64,000 bases of DNA. Source: an uncultured Candidatus Peribacteria bacterium. Its GTDB lineage: Bacteria > Patescibacteriota > Gracilibacteria > JAUYGZ01. The notes below the pieces were generated by a model. It saw nothing but the letters and a program-made list of their open reading frames with translations, ran no database searches and was not told the DNA's origin. The position numbers and the translations under genes were made by a program. The stretch covers positions 58,236 through 122,235 of the forward strand of contig CAYGQA010000003.1 of NCBI GenBank assembly GCA_964352145.1. Direction: 5' to 3'. Shown piece after piece: positions 27,395-36,067 of the stretch. Each line of letters begins with the position of its first letter. The first letter of the stretch is position 1.

Positions 27395-27403
27395 ATTATA
27401 GCA
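27395..27403 (-). promoter_or_regulatory. extended -10 box TGCTATAAT
   Basis: 26 nt upstream of the ATG at 27369. Confidence 0.5.
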
Positions 27404-27514
27404 TAAATACCTATTCAATTATCATGGATAAAAAAAGATTTTATCCTCTAAAAGGCCGTCTATTCTGGATAAAGAACTAATAATGTCTATACTTCATTCA
27501 ATTTCAAAAAAAAT

Positions 27515-28864
27515 ATGAATCTTACAAAAGGAAAAATCTCAAAACTTATCCTAAAGATAGCTATCCCCGCAGGAGTTGGGATGATGTTTCATACTTTTTA
27601 TAATCTCATCGATACCTATTGGGCTGGGCAATTTTCTGCAGAAGGTCTTGCAGCTCTTTCTTTGAGTTTCGTGCCTTTTTTACTCGTGATCTCTATAGGA
27701 GTTGGTATCAGTCAAGGGACAAATGCCCTGATTTCAAATGCTTTAGGATCAAATCAACTCAGCAAAGCTAAACACTATCAACAACAAGCATTGACCCTTT
27801 CATTTGCACTAAGTGTACTGATAGCTTTTGTCGGCTGGCAAATATCTCCTTGGATCTTTGAGATCATGGGAGGAAAAGGAGAAGTCTTACAACTTGCCTT
27901 AAAGTACATCAATATCATCTGGATTGGAGCTCCTATCATGGTATTAGTCCAAACTTTAAATGCTGGTCTAACTGCTCAAGGAGACACAAAAACCAACAGG
28001 AATGCCCTCATCACTGGGTTTTTATTCAACATCATACTAGACCCTCTGCTCCTCTTCGGATGGGGACCTCTACCAGCCTTTGGCATAGGAGGTATCGCAT
28101 GGGCCACAGTACTCATACAAGGTATCGTCATGAGTTACATCGCCTACAAGCTCTATTCAAGCAAATTAATGAAAAACTGTAAGCTTAGTGAATATTTGAT
28201 CAGTAAAGAAATCAGTTACGACATCATGTATCAAGGTGCACCTGCTAGTCTTTCTATGATGCTCGTTACCGTAGGAGTTTTCATTATTACTAGTTTCGTA
28301 GGTCGCTTTGGAGACTTCGCCATAGCTGCCTACGGAGTAGCACTCAGAGTCGAACAAATCATCCTCCTCCCTACCATTGGTATAAATATGGCAGCACTAT
28401 CACTGACTGGACAAAACCATGGAGCAGGACTCAAAGAACGAGTAAGAGAAACCTATTTCAAATCGGCAAAATATGGATTCCTAATGATGATCGCTGGAGC
28501 GGTATTGTTGTATGGCTTTGCCCAGTTAATGATGAAGCTTTTCACAGAAGAACCTGAAGTCATCAGGATAGGAGTTGAATACCTGCAAATAGACGCCTTG
28601 GTACTTCCAGCCTACGCACTCCTCTTCCTCAGTATAGGAGTCTTACAAGGACTGAAAAGACCAATCTTTGGATTACTAGTCAATATCTTCAGACATATCT
28701 TCGCTCCACTCCTGATATTTTATTTCTTAGTAGATTATCTCGGCTGGGGACTTATAGGAGTTTGGTGGGGTATTTTCTCAGTAACATGGATAGCCGCTTT
28801 GATCACATTTTCTTATGTACTCTTTACACAGAAATGGTCTTTAAGGAATACTAGGTCTGACTAA
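27515..28864 (+). CDS. MATE family efflux transporter
   Basis: 12 TM segments, with N-terminal P...G......+YNL+DT.W.G pattern. Confidence 0.9.
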   Translation: MNLTKGKISKLILKIAIPAGVGMMFHTFYNLIDTYWAGQFSAEGLAALSLSFVPFLLVISIGVGISQGTNALISNALGSNQLSKAKHYQQQALTLSFALSVLIAFVGWQISPWIFEIMGGKGEVLQLALKYINIIWIGAPIMVLVQTLNAGLTAQGDTKTNRNALITGFLFNIILDPLLLFGWGPLPAFGIGGIAWATVLIQGIVMSYIAYKLYSSKLMKNCKLSEYLISKEISYDIMYQGAPASLSMMLVTVGVFIITSFVGRFGDFAIAAYGVALRVEQIILLPTIGINMAALSLTGQNHGAGLKERVRETYFKSAKYGFLMMIAGAVLLYGFAQLMMKLFTEEPEVIRIGVEYLQIDALVLPAYALLFLSIGVLQGLKRPIFGLLVNIFRHIFAPLLIFYFLVDYLGWGLIGVWWGIFSVTWIAALITFSYVLFTQKWSLRNTRSD

Positions 28865-28875
28865 TAAAAAATCTT

Positions 28876-29346
28876 ATGAAAAAAATAGCACTTCTCTTCC
28901 TTGTACTACTTATCAGTGGCTGTACTCAGATGAGTACAGATCAAGATATGGAAATGCAGCATGATCACGAGCTGCAGCACAACAATTCAGAAGGCATGAC
29001 ACATGATCATAGCGAAGGAATAGATCTCCCAAGCCATGAAAATCTACCAGCAATAAGCCTAAGGGTCACAGAAGATGCACATTCAGGCTGGAACGTCCGC
29101 ATACTGACCCAAAACTTTCGCTTTGCTCCTGAGAATGCAAGCACAGAACACATCGAAGGCGAAGGTCATGCACACCTCTATATTGATAATAAAAAAATAT
29201 CTCGAGTCTATGGAGAATGGACACATATAGACAATTTGAGCCCAGGGAGACACAAAGTAAAAGTCAGCTTAAATGCAAATAACCACTCACCTTTTCTCCA
29301 TGATGGCATGGAAATCTTCGATTTCGTCTGGATAGACCAAAAATAA
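28876..29346 (+). CDS. His-rich lipoprotein (DUF4399-like GHxHL motif)
   Basis: Lipobox LISGC, the HDHELQHNNSEGMTHDHSEG tract, and EGEGHAHLYIDN. Confidence 0.5.
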   Translation: MKKIALLFLVLLISGCTQMSTDQDMEMQHDHELQHNNSEGMTHDHSEGIDLPSHENLPAISLRVTEDAHSGWNVRILTQNFRFAPENASTEHIEGEGHAHLYIDNKKISRVYGEWTHIDNLSPGRHKVKVSLNANNHSPFLHDGMEIFDFVWIDQK

Positions 29347-29359
29347 ACTTATAAATACT

Positions 29360-29827
29360 ATGAAAAAACTCCTTAAAAAAGACTGGATTCGTCTCGCAAT
29401 ATTTACTCAAGCACTCGTAGCCATGCTTGGATCACTCTACCTTTCAAACTTTGGTGAACCAATAGAAAACCTCAAACTTGGCGTATTTTTTCTCCCAGGC
29501 TACGGCTTTGACCCTTGCCTCCTCTGTATATGGGCTAGGATACTCATGTATCCTATCGTACCGATAAGCCTGCTAGGATTCTTCAAAAAAGCAAAAGATA
29601 TCCATCATTATATCTTACCTCTAGCAATTCCAGGCTTACTCTTAGAGACCTACCACTACGCTCTCCAAAAAACCAACTTTGAAAGCCCATTTGAGTGTAC
29701 TGGAGCCAATCCTTGCGCAGCACTGTCTGTAAACTACTTTGGTTTCATAACGATTCCATTTCTCTGTTGGACAGCTTTTGCAGTTATCCTGGTCCTTTGT
29801 TTCCTAAACAGTCGCGAGAAAAATTAA
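29360..29827 (+). CDS. DsbB/BdbC-family disulfide oxidoreductase
   Basis: Four TM segments, CxxC (DPCLLCIWAR) in loop 1 and a second Cys pair (C..ANPC) in loop 2. Confidence 0.75.
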   Translation: MKKLLKKDWIRLAIFTQALVAMLGSLYLSNFGEPIENLKLGVFFLPGYGFDPCLLCIWARILMYPIVPISLLGFFKKAKDIHHYILPLAIPGLLLETYHYALQKTNFESPFECTGANPCAALSVNYFGFITIPFLCWTAFAVILVLCFLNSREKN

Positions 29828-30246
29828 GACCGAAGTATCTGATCAAGTATTACAGAGAAACTCTTCATTTCCTCTTCTTTACAAGAAGACAGATGATCTT
29901 TGCAATAGAACTCAGCTTGTTGCAGAGCTTCTTTAAGCTTTCTTTTACCACCTGTACTGAGCGTTACGTAGCTAGAGCGGGCATCTCTTTCATTTACTTC
30001 ACGTCCCACTAAACCAATTTTTTCCATAGGATTTAAGAGCCGAGTGACTCCAGATGCCGTCAAACCAACTTTTTCAGCTAAATCTACTCTTCTCAATTTT
30101 TTATCACGAGCAGTGTCGAGATGATACAGCAAGACAAATTCATTGAGAGCAAGACCATCTAGATAAGAATCAAAGCGTCTGGTCATGACCGCTTGAGTCT
30201 TTACTAAAGATAAAACAAGATGTAGTGCGGGGCTAAGAGTTGTCAT
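29824..30246 (-). CDS. MarR family transcriptional regulator
   Basis: Winged-helix segment L.+..LA+KVGLTASGVTRLL.P+EK.GLV.RE.N..D.R...V.L+..G. Confidence 0.85.
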   Translation of the reverse strand: MTTLSPALHLVLSLVKTQAVMTRRFDSYLDGLALNEFVLLYHLDTARDKKLRRVDLAEKVGLTASGVTRLLNPMEKIGLVGREVNERDARSSYVTLSTGGKRKLKEALQQAEFYCKDHLSSCKEEEMKSFSVILDQILRS

Positions 30247-30336
30247 AAATTTTAGTTAATAAGTATTTGATATATTGTTGACTGATCAAGTATATTAAAA
30301 ATGCAGAAAAGAACAAGGGAAACATAGCAAGAAAAC

Positions 30337-31113
30337 TTAGCCTTGAGTCCTCACAAAAACCATCTCCTTCCCCTGAGATAAATCAGATCTAAACGCATAC
30401 CCGCTTTGACTGAAGTCTTTTAACTGATCTGGAGTACTTAATCGATTGCGAACGATGTAATTTGCCATCATCCCTCGAGCCAATTTAGCAAAAAGAGCAA
30501 TAATTTTCGGGTCTTCTCCTGACTTCTTTTCCTTAAAAGCAACATCAATGACTTCAGCATCTATTTTCTTAAGCTGTAGCGCTTTCGAGTACTCCTTAGA
30601 AGCTAAGTTCACCAGCACTCTATCTCCTTGTTCCACTAGGTCGCTCTCAAGAGTTTCTCGTAGCTCAGAGCCCCAGTATTCATACAAGTTCTTCCCCCTA
30701 TCGTTTCGCAAAGCTGTCTTCATCTCCAAGCGATAAGGCTGAATCCTATCTAAAGGCCTTAACAATCCATACAAACCAGAAATAGTTCTCAAGTGATGCT
30801 GAGCAAATTGAAAGTCTTCTTCAGAGTATTCATCCACTTCGATATGCGTATACACATCACCCTTAAAAGCCAATAAAGCCTGTCGAGAATTTGATTCATC
30901 ATAAGTCCTTTGGAACTCCTGATAGCGCCCAAAATTCAATTCAGCAAGGTTTTCACTAATAGACATCAACTTCATCAAGTCTTCTTCAGTATACTGCAAA
31001 AGATTATTCACTAACTCTTCTGATTCTTTATGAAATCTTCCCTCAGTAAAAGTTTTTGTAAGCAGAGGACTTTCAAAGTCTTGCGTTTTCGATGGTGAAA
31101 GGATTGCTATCAT
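30337..31113 (-). CDS. yaaA: peroxide stress protein YaaA (DUF328)
   Basis: MIAILSPSKTQDF and the L+PLDRIQPYRLEM signature. Confidence 0.9.
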   Translation of the reverse strand: MIAILSPSKTQDFESPLLTKTFTEGRFHKESEELVNNLLQYTEEDLMKLMSISENLAELNFGRYQEFQRTYDESNSRQALLAFKGDVYTHIEVDEYSEEDFQFAQHHLRTISGLYGLLRPLDRIQPYRLEMKTALRNDRGKNLYEYWGSELRETLESDLVEQGDRVLVNLASKEYSKALQLKKIDAEVIDVAFKEKKSGEDPKIIALFAKLARGMMANYIVRNRLSTPDQLKDFSQSGYAFRSDLSQGKEMVFVRTQG

Positions 31114-31115
31114 AA

Positions 31116-31583
31116 CTATTCATTTAAAGGTGAAGTCTCTTCTAGCGGAAGAAACCCAAAAATACTCTCATCTGTCGTCATACTTCCCCACTGATTATTC
31201 CAAGCCTCAGCCACCTCTTGCTTCACTTGGACAATCCCAGTAGCAACAAAATGCTCAGAAGTAGCCATCCCACAAGCTCCATTCTCAAATGATCTCACAT
31301 GACCACCCAAAGCGAGAAGAGAATAATGAAAGTGTTGGTACTCACACTCATCAGCAGCAGTAGGCTTACTAAAAATCCCAACAGGATAACAGTGTTCATC
31401 GTTCAGCTTCCATACTGGCACATTCACCCCGTATTTATCTTCTACTATTCCTTTGCACTCAAGCTTATTATCATTATTTTCAGCAATACTAGAGTCAGCT
31501 GAAATCTTCACTTCAGCAATCGAACAAGCACTCATCATTAGAAAAAAGACAGAAAGAAGACTAAGCCTTTTAAAATTTTTCAT
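31116..31583 (-). CDS. lipoprotein, unknown function
   Basis: Signal peptide with lipobox MMSAC and several Cys and His residues. It starts 3 nt from the yaaA start region, so it is probably in an operon. Confidence 0.45.
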   Translation of the reverse strand: MKNFKRLSLLSVFFLMMSACSIAEVKISADSSIAENNDNKLECKGIVEDKYGVNVPVWKLNDEHCYPVGIFSKPTAADECEYQHFHYSLLALGGHVRSFENGACGMATSEHFVATGIVQVKQEVAEAWNNQWGSMTTDESIFGFLPLEETSPLNE

Positions 31584-31607
31584 ACTACAAAAAATATCTA
31601 ATAAAAA

Positions 31608-32003
31608 TCACCCCTTCATATCCATCAAAACCAGTACAATATCTCGAACATCAAAGAGCATTGAAACCATCATAGTAAGGACAAGTAATATCACCCAAAT
31701 CCCACAGAGTGACTTTGCCTTAAAGTCTTTCTTTAAAAGTACAGACTTGATCAAGTAATAAGTCAAAAATGGCCATACAAGCAAGTGAGCGACTCCAAGT
31801 AGGTGTATATTATTTGTCTGAGAGTACACTAGGAAAGCAATCCCCATCATGATAGGCAAAGACAATACAACCCAACGTGCCGGTTTTTTCCAATATGCAA
31901 AAAGGAAAGAAGCAAACAAGACAAAAGACATCCAGTTCATCCAATAACCAACCAAAGGCTTTTGACTTACCAAGGCCTCCATAGCAATATTAAGTTCTTC
32001 CAT
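31608..32003 (-). CDS. small membrane protein
   Basis: 131 aa with four hydrophobic segments. Confidence 0.45.
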   Translation of the reverse strand: MEELNIAMEALVSQKPLVGYWMNWMSFVLFASFLFAYWKKPARWVVLSLPIMMGIAFLVYSQTNNIHLLGVAHLLVWPFLTYYLIKSVLLKKDFKAKSLCGIWVILLVLTMMVSMLFDVRDIVLVLMDMKG

Positions 32004-32062
32004 AAGATCTATAAGTAAATTATTGTAATCCCAGTATCACATACATTCACAGAAATCAGCAA

Positions 32063-32458
32063 ATGACTCTCAAAGAATTCAAAAAATACTGTCTCAGCAA
32101 GAAAGCTACTGAAGAAAGCTATCCTTTTGGAGATGAAGCACTCGTCATGAAAGTAGCCAGCAAAATGTTTGCGCTCACAAACGTGAAAGAAATGACAATC
32201 TCCGAGAAAAAGGAAGAGGCCTTTCATCACATCAGTGTAAAATGCGATCCAGATATGGGAGCAGATTTACGCAGAAACTTCGAGGACATCATCCCCGGAT
32301 GGCACCTCAGCAAAACTCATTGGATTTCACTCCTCACAAAAGGAAAACTCAAAGACAGCCTCATAAAAGATCTCATCGATCAATCCTATGACCTCGTCGT
32401 CTCAAAACTCAGTAAGAAGGTAAAGGAAGAGTATGGACTCAAAGGAAAGGAGGAATAA
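32063..32458 (+). CDS. MmcQ/YjbR family DNA-binding protein
   Basis: SYPFGDEALVMKVASKMFAL and W+..L pattern. Confidence 0.8.
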   Translation: MTLKEFKKYCLSKKATEESYPFGDEALVMKVASKMFALTNVKEMTISEKKEEAFHHISVKCDPDMGADLRRNFEDIIPGWHLSKTHWISLLTKGKLKDSLIKDLIDQSYDLVVSKLSKKVKEEYGLKGKEE

Positions 32459-32532
32459 CGAACAATGGAATCTCAATCATTGCCTCCTTTGTACATTGTG
32501 ATTCGACCATTGGTCATTAAACTCCCCTTTGG

Positions 32533-32560
32533 CCCTCGACCCTCGACTCTAGACTCTAGA
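32533..32560 (+). repeat. heptamer tandem array (CYCTMGA)x4, left
   Basis: CCCTCGA CCCTCGA CTCTAGA CTCTAGA, immediately 3' of the DUF1801 gene stop. Confidence 0.85.
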
Positions 32561-32568
32561 CTTCCCCC

Positions 32569-33000
32569 CTAATTATACATCTCATTCTTCCCATCCTTCT
32601 GCATCTTCTCAGCTTTTTTAAGCAATTTCTTAAAATTCTTCAGATCCAAATCTTCTACTTTTTTAAACCGTATACAACTCTTCCCTACACTGGTTTTCCC
32701 GAGTTCATCTTTATGCTTTTCCGCTAGATATTCTTTCCCATCAGCGACACAGACATACACCGAAATATACTTCTTTTGACTCGCTAAACCTATCACAAAC
32801 CAGTCCCCAGCACATCCACTCTTAGTGGTATATTTAATCTTACCAAACCCGATCATACCACCGACTATACAAGGCTTGAGCGCAGGCACAGTTTCTTTAA
32901 TCATCTTATAAAGCGTCTTCATCTCTATCTTCCTTGGTTCATCAATCATCTTCAGATACTCAGTTGGAGTCTTCGCATCTGTTGGCTTAAACATGTTCAT
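32569..33000 (-). CDS. DUF1801 (YdhG-like) domain protein
   Basis: EYL..I.EPR+.E+..L...I.E..P.L.P......IGFG.Y.Y....G..G+WF.+G...++..IS+Y. Confidence 0.65.
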   Translation of the reverse strand: MNMFKPTDAKTPTEYLKMIDEPRKIEMKTLYKMIKETVPALKPCIVGGMIGFGKIKYTTKSGCAGDWFVIGLASQKKYISVYVCVADGKEYLAEKHKDELGKTSVGKSCIRFKKVEDLDLKNFKKLLKKAEKMQKDGKNEMYN

Positions 33001-33097
33001 AGGAGTGTATTTAGTTTATTACATCTTAATCCTACTACCTTTCGATAGACAAGCCTCTTTTAAATCAAGGGTCTAGGGTAATATTTCAAACGCTAGG

Positions 33098-33125
33098 CTC
33101 TCGACCCTAGACCCTAGACCCTCGA
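33098..33125 (+). repeat. heptamer tandem array (CYCTMGA)x4, right
   Basis: CTCTCGA CCCTAGA CCCTAGA CCCTCGA in the same orientation as the left array. An inverted partial copy GGGTCTAGGG lies at 33069-33078. Confidence 0.85.
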
Positions 33126-33171
33126 CAGGCTATAGTCTCCATGCTCTTATTCGAACATTAAGCCAAACAAA

Positions 33172-34755
33172 ATGATTCTCGACATCAACGCCAATTTTCA
33201 ATCAATCCTCGATGAACTCCAACAAGGTGAAGATCATCTCTTTATCACAGGTAAAGCAGGTACTGGTAAATCAACGCTTCTCCAACATTTCAGATCAAGC
33301 ACTTACAAGAAGATGATCGTCCTAGCACCGACAGGTGTAGCAGCTTTGAATGTCCAAGGACAAACGATCCATTCATTTTTTGGTTTCGCTCCACAGATCA
33401 CTCCAGAGCAAGCACGCAAAGAGCACCCCTCAGAGTCTTCTCGGAGTATCATAGAAGAGCTCGACATGATCATCATCGATGAAGCCTCTATGCTAAGAGC
33501 AGACCTCCTAGACGCGATTGATCAAGCCTTGAGACAATATGGGAAAGCTGAAAAGGCTTTTGGAGGAAAAAGAATGGTCTTCATAGGAGATCTCTATCAA
33601 CTCCCTCCAGTAGTCACTCGTGATGAAAAAGAAAATTTCCAAGAAGAATACGCCAGCCCCTATTTCTTCGATGCTAAAGTCTTCAGAGAATGCCAAATAA
33701 AGCTCCAAGAACTGCAAAAAGTCTACCGACAACAGGATGATGTCTTCATCCAACTCCTGAACAAAATACGAGACAACTCACTTGCTCAAGAAGACCTGCA
33801 ACATCTCAACAAGCGTTTCGACAAGTTTTATTTAGCCTTCAAAAAACCGAACGAAATCACTCTTTGTACTACCAACGCAGCTGCTAACGCAATCAATCTC
33901 GAACAACTCAATCGTCTCGATGGGAAGAAATTAAAGTATTCCGGAGAAACTCAAGGAGACTTCATCAGACAGCTCCCTACGCATGAAAAACTAGAACTCA
34001 AAATAGGAGCTCAAGTCATGCTGGTAAACAACGATTCGACAAAACGCTGGGTCAATGGAAGCACCGGAGTGATCATGGGAGTGAAATGGAATGATGAAGA
34101 ATCATGTGATGCTCTCCTCGTAAACCTTTCAAGTGGCAAAACAGTCGAAGTCCTGCCCCACACCTGGGAAACCAATCAGTACTTCTTCGATGAAACAAAC
34201 AACACTATTGAAACAGAACGCATCGGAGCCTTCACTCAATACCCGATCAAGCTCGCTTGGGCAGTCACTATCCACAAAAGCCAAGGAAAAACCTTTGATA
34301 ACGTCGTACTGGATATCGGACGAGGAACCTTTGCACACGGACAGATCTATGTCGCCCTCAGTCGATGTACCAGCATGGAAGGCCTTACCCTCAGACAACC
34401 ACTACTTCCAAAACATATCTGGAGTGACAATCGCATTCAATATTTTCTACAAGGACAAAATGAAGGCGAAAGCTATCATAGGATGACCACTAGTGAAAAA
34501 ACTGAAATCCTCAACTCTTGCATAAACTTCGAAAGCAATATCAACATGACCTATACCAATGGAAATGGGCAAACCGTCCAAAAGTGCATCAGACCTCTAT
34601 GGCTTGGTGAAATGGAATACCAAGGAATAGAATACCTAGCTGTAGAAACTCAAGACATAGAAACCGGTGAAAGTAGAGCCTACAGCGTAAAAAGGATCGT
34701 AAAACTGGAAGAACCCAATGTGAAAAACCAAGAATTCTCAGAACAAACCTTATAG
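33172..34755 (+). CDS. PIF1/RecD-family helicase with C-terminal WYL-like domain
   Basis: GKAGTGKST, IIIDEASML, GDLYQLPPV and TIHKSQGKTFD. The tail CIRPLWLGEMEYQGIEYLAV......ESRAYSVKRIVKLE resembles a WYL domain. Confidence 0.85.
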   Translation: MILDINANFQSILDELQQGEDHLFITGKAGTGKSTLLQHFRSSTYKKMIVLAPTGVAALNVQGQTIHSFFGFAPQITPEQARKEHPSESSRSIIEELDMIIIDEASMLRADLLDAIDQALRQYGKAEKAFGGKRMVFIGDLYQLPPVVTRDEKENFQEEYASPYFFDAKVFRECQIKLQELQKVYRQQDDVFIQLLNKIRDNSLAQEDLQHLNKRFDKFYLAFKKPNEITLCTTNAAANAINLEQLNRLDGKKLKYSGETQGDFIRQLPTHEKLELKIGAQVMLVNNDSTKRWVNGSTGVIMGVKWNDEESCDALLVNLSSGKTVEVLPHTWETNQYFFDETNNTIETERIGAFTQYPIKLAWAVTIHKSQGKTFDNVVLDIGRGTFAHGQIYVALSRCTSMEGLTLRQPLLPKHIWSDNRIQYFLQGQNEGESYHRMTTSEKTEILNSCINFESNINMTYTNGNGQTVQKCIRPLWLGEMEYQGIEYLAVETQDIETGESRAYSVKRIVKLEEPNVKNQEFSEQTL

Positions 34756-34858
34756 AGTGCTTGAGATGTAGTACAAACTACGTTTAAATAATAAAGATGT
34801 ATAGAAGTATCTCTTTTTCTATTTTTACTTCTTATTTTTTATTTTTTACTTTTCCTCC

Positions 34859-35923
34859 ATGAGAATCTTTCTTTTACCTCTAGGACTCGGTCTTATCCTT
34901 TATGGTCCATATTTTCTCTGGGACGCAGAATCCCAAAACCGTGCCAATGATTTTTCAGCAGCACCTTTAGTAAGTATTGAAAGCGAAGAAACAGGACACC
35001 TAACAGTAAAAGGCCTCCCAGAATCAAATGAAAGCCTACTCTGTCCAAGTGAAAGAGACGACTCAGCAGAAGAATGTGTCTCTATAAGCACAACCGTAAG
35101 AGAATATAGCATCGAAGAAGTAGAACAGTGCAGCAGCAACAGACCCAGTAGAGCTATCGAAAATCTTGCTGAAAAATGTGATAGCGACGGCGAAAACTGT
35201 AAACCTTGCTATCTCGTAGAAAAAGAAATTTGGAAACAAGTAAGCTCCAACACTGAGTTTGCCCCATTTACCATAGGAAACTACAAAGTCCCTTCAGCTT
35301 ACGAAGCTGAGCTCATCGGACAAAAAAGCTTCAAGGTATACAATGCCTGGGAAGAATCTGAATCAGACAGCTTCCTTTATGAAGAGCGAACCGTCTCAGA
35401 AACCAATGCAGAACCAGGAGACAGAGAAACCAGCTACAACTACCTCTCCATGGATAGCGAACTCATCGTCAGCGGAGTGGCCAATACAAGCATGGAAATC
35501 GGTGCAGGTGAAAAAACCTTCGTAATCTCTAGCCTCAGCGAAGCTGAAACACTTGGAAATCTAGAATCAAAAGACACTCAATCTAAATGGATGTTACGGG
35601 CTCTTTCAATGGCTATGGTAGTCTTTGGATTCATCTTTATCTTCAATACCGTAGCAGCCATCCCACTCATGCTCGTAGGTATCATCCCATTCCTTGGAAA
35701 GAAGCTCGAAGAAGGAATATCTAGTGTCATAAGCTTCATCGCTGGAGCAATAGGACTCGTGATCTGGGGACTCATGTGGGCTTCAGTACTCTTACTGAAA
35801 AACATTGTAGCCTTAATCGTCATCGGAGTTGTCCTCGTAGGGGCAGCATTCGCAGTGTATTCATTTGCTAAGAAGAATCATATTCCTCTGAAAAAAACGA
35901 CTAAGGAATTGAAAAAGAAATAA
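34859..35923 (+). CDS. membrane protein (tentatively TMEM43/DUF1625-like)
   Basis: N-terminal TM segment followed by FLWDAESQNRA (compare the WNEGR motif), a large extracytoplasmic region, and 3-4 C-terminal TM segments. Confidence 0.4.
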   Translation: MRIFLLPLGLGLILYGPYFLWDAESQNRANDFSAAPLVSIESEETGHLTVKGLPESNESLLCPSERDDSAEECVSISTTVREYSIEEVEQCSSNRPSRAIENLAEKCDSDGENCKPCYLVEKEIWKQVSSNTEFAPFTIGNYKVPSAYEAELIGQKSFKVYNAWEESESDSFLYEERTVSETNAEPGDRETSYNYLSMDSELIVSGVANTSMEIGAGEKTFVISSLSEAETLGNLESKDTQSKWMLRALSMAMVVFGFIFIFNTVAAIPLMLVGIIPFLGKKLEEGISSVISFIAGAIGLVIWGLMWASVLLLKNIVALIVIGVVLVGAAFAVYSFAKKNHIPLKKTTKELKKK

Positions 35924-35946
35924 ATCCAGGTCGAAACAACAAAAAA

Positions 35947-35978
35947 ACCTCAGATGACTAAGGTCTCTGAGGTTTTTT
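35947..35978 (+). terminator. rho-independent terminator
   Basis: ACCTCAGA-11 nt-TCTGAGGT followed by T6. Confidence 0.75.
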
Positions 35979-35980
35979 GT

Positions 35981-36066
35981 AATTGATATTTGGTCTTTGA
36001 TATTTGTTTCGAATTTCCTATTTGGGATTTGAAATTTGATTGGAAATTCTAAATTGAAAATTGATC
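35981..36066 (+). repeat. family-A composite intergenic repeat, copy A3
   Basis: ATTGATATTTGGTCTTTGATATTTGTTTCGAATTTCCTATTTGGGATTTGAAATTTGATTGGAAATTCTAAATTGAAAATTGATC. It ends at the stop codon of the minus-strand helicase gene. Confidence 0.75.
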
Positions 36067-36067
36067 A

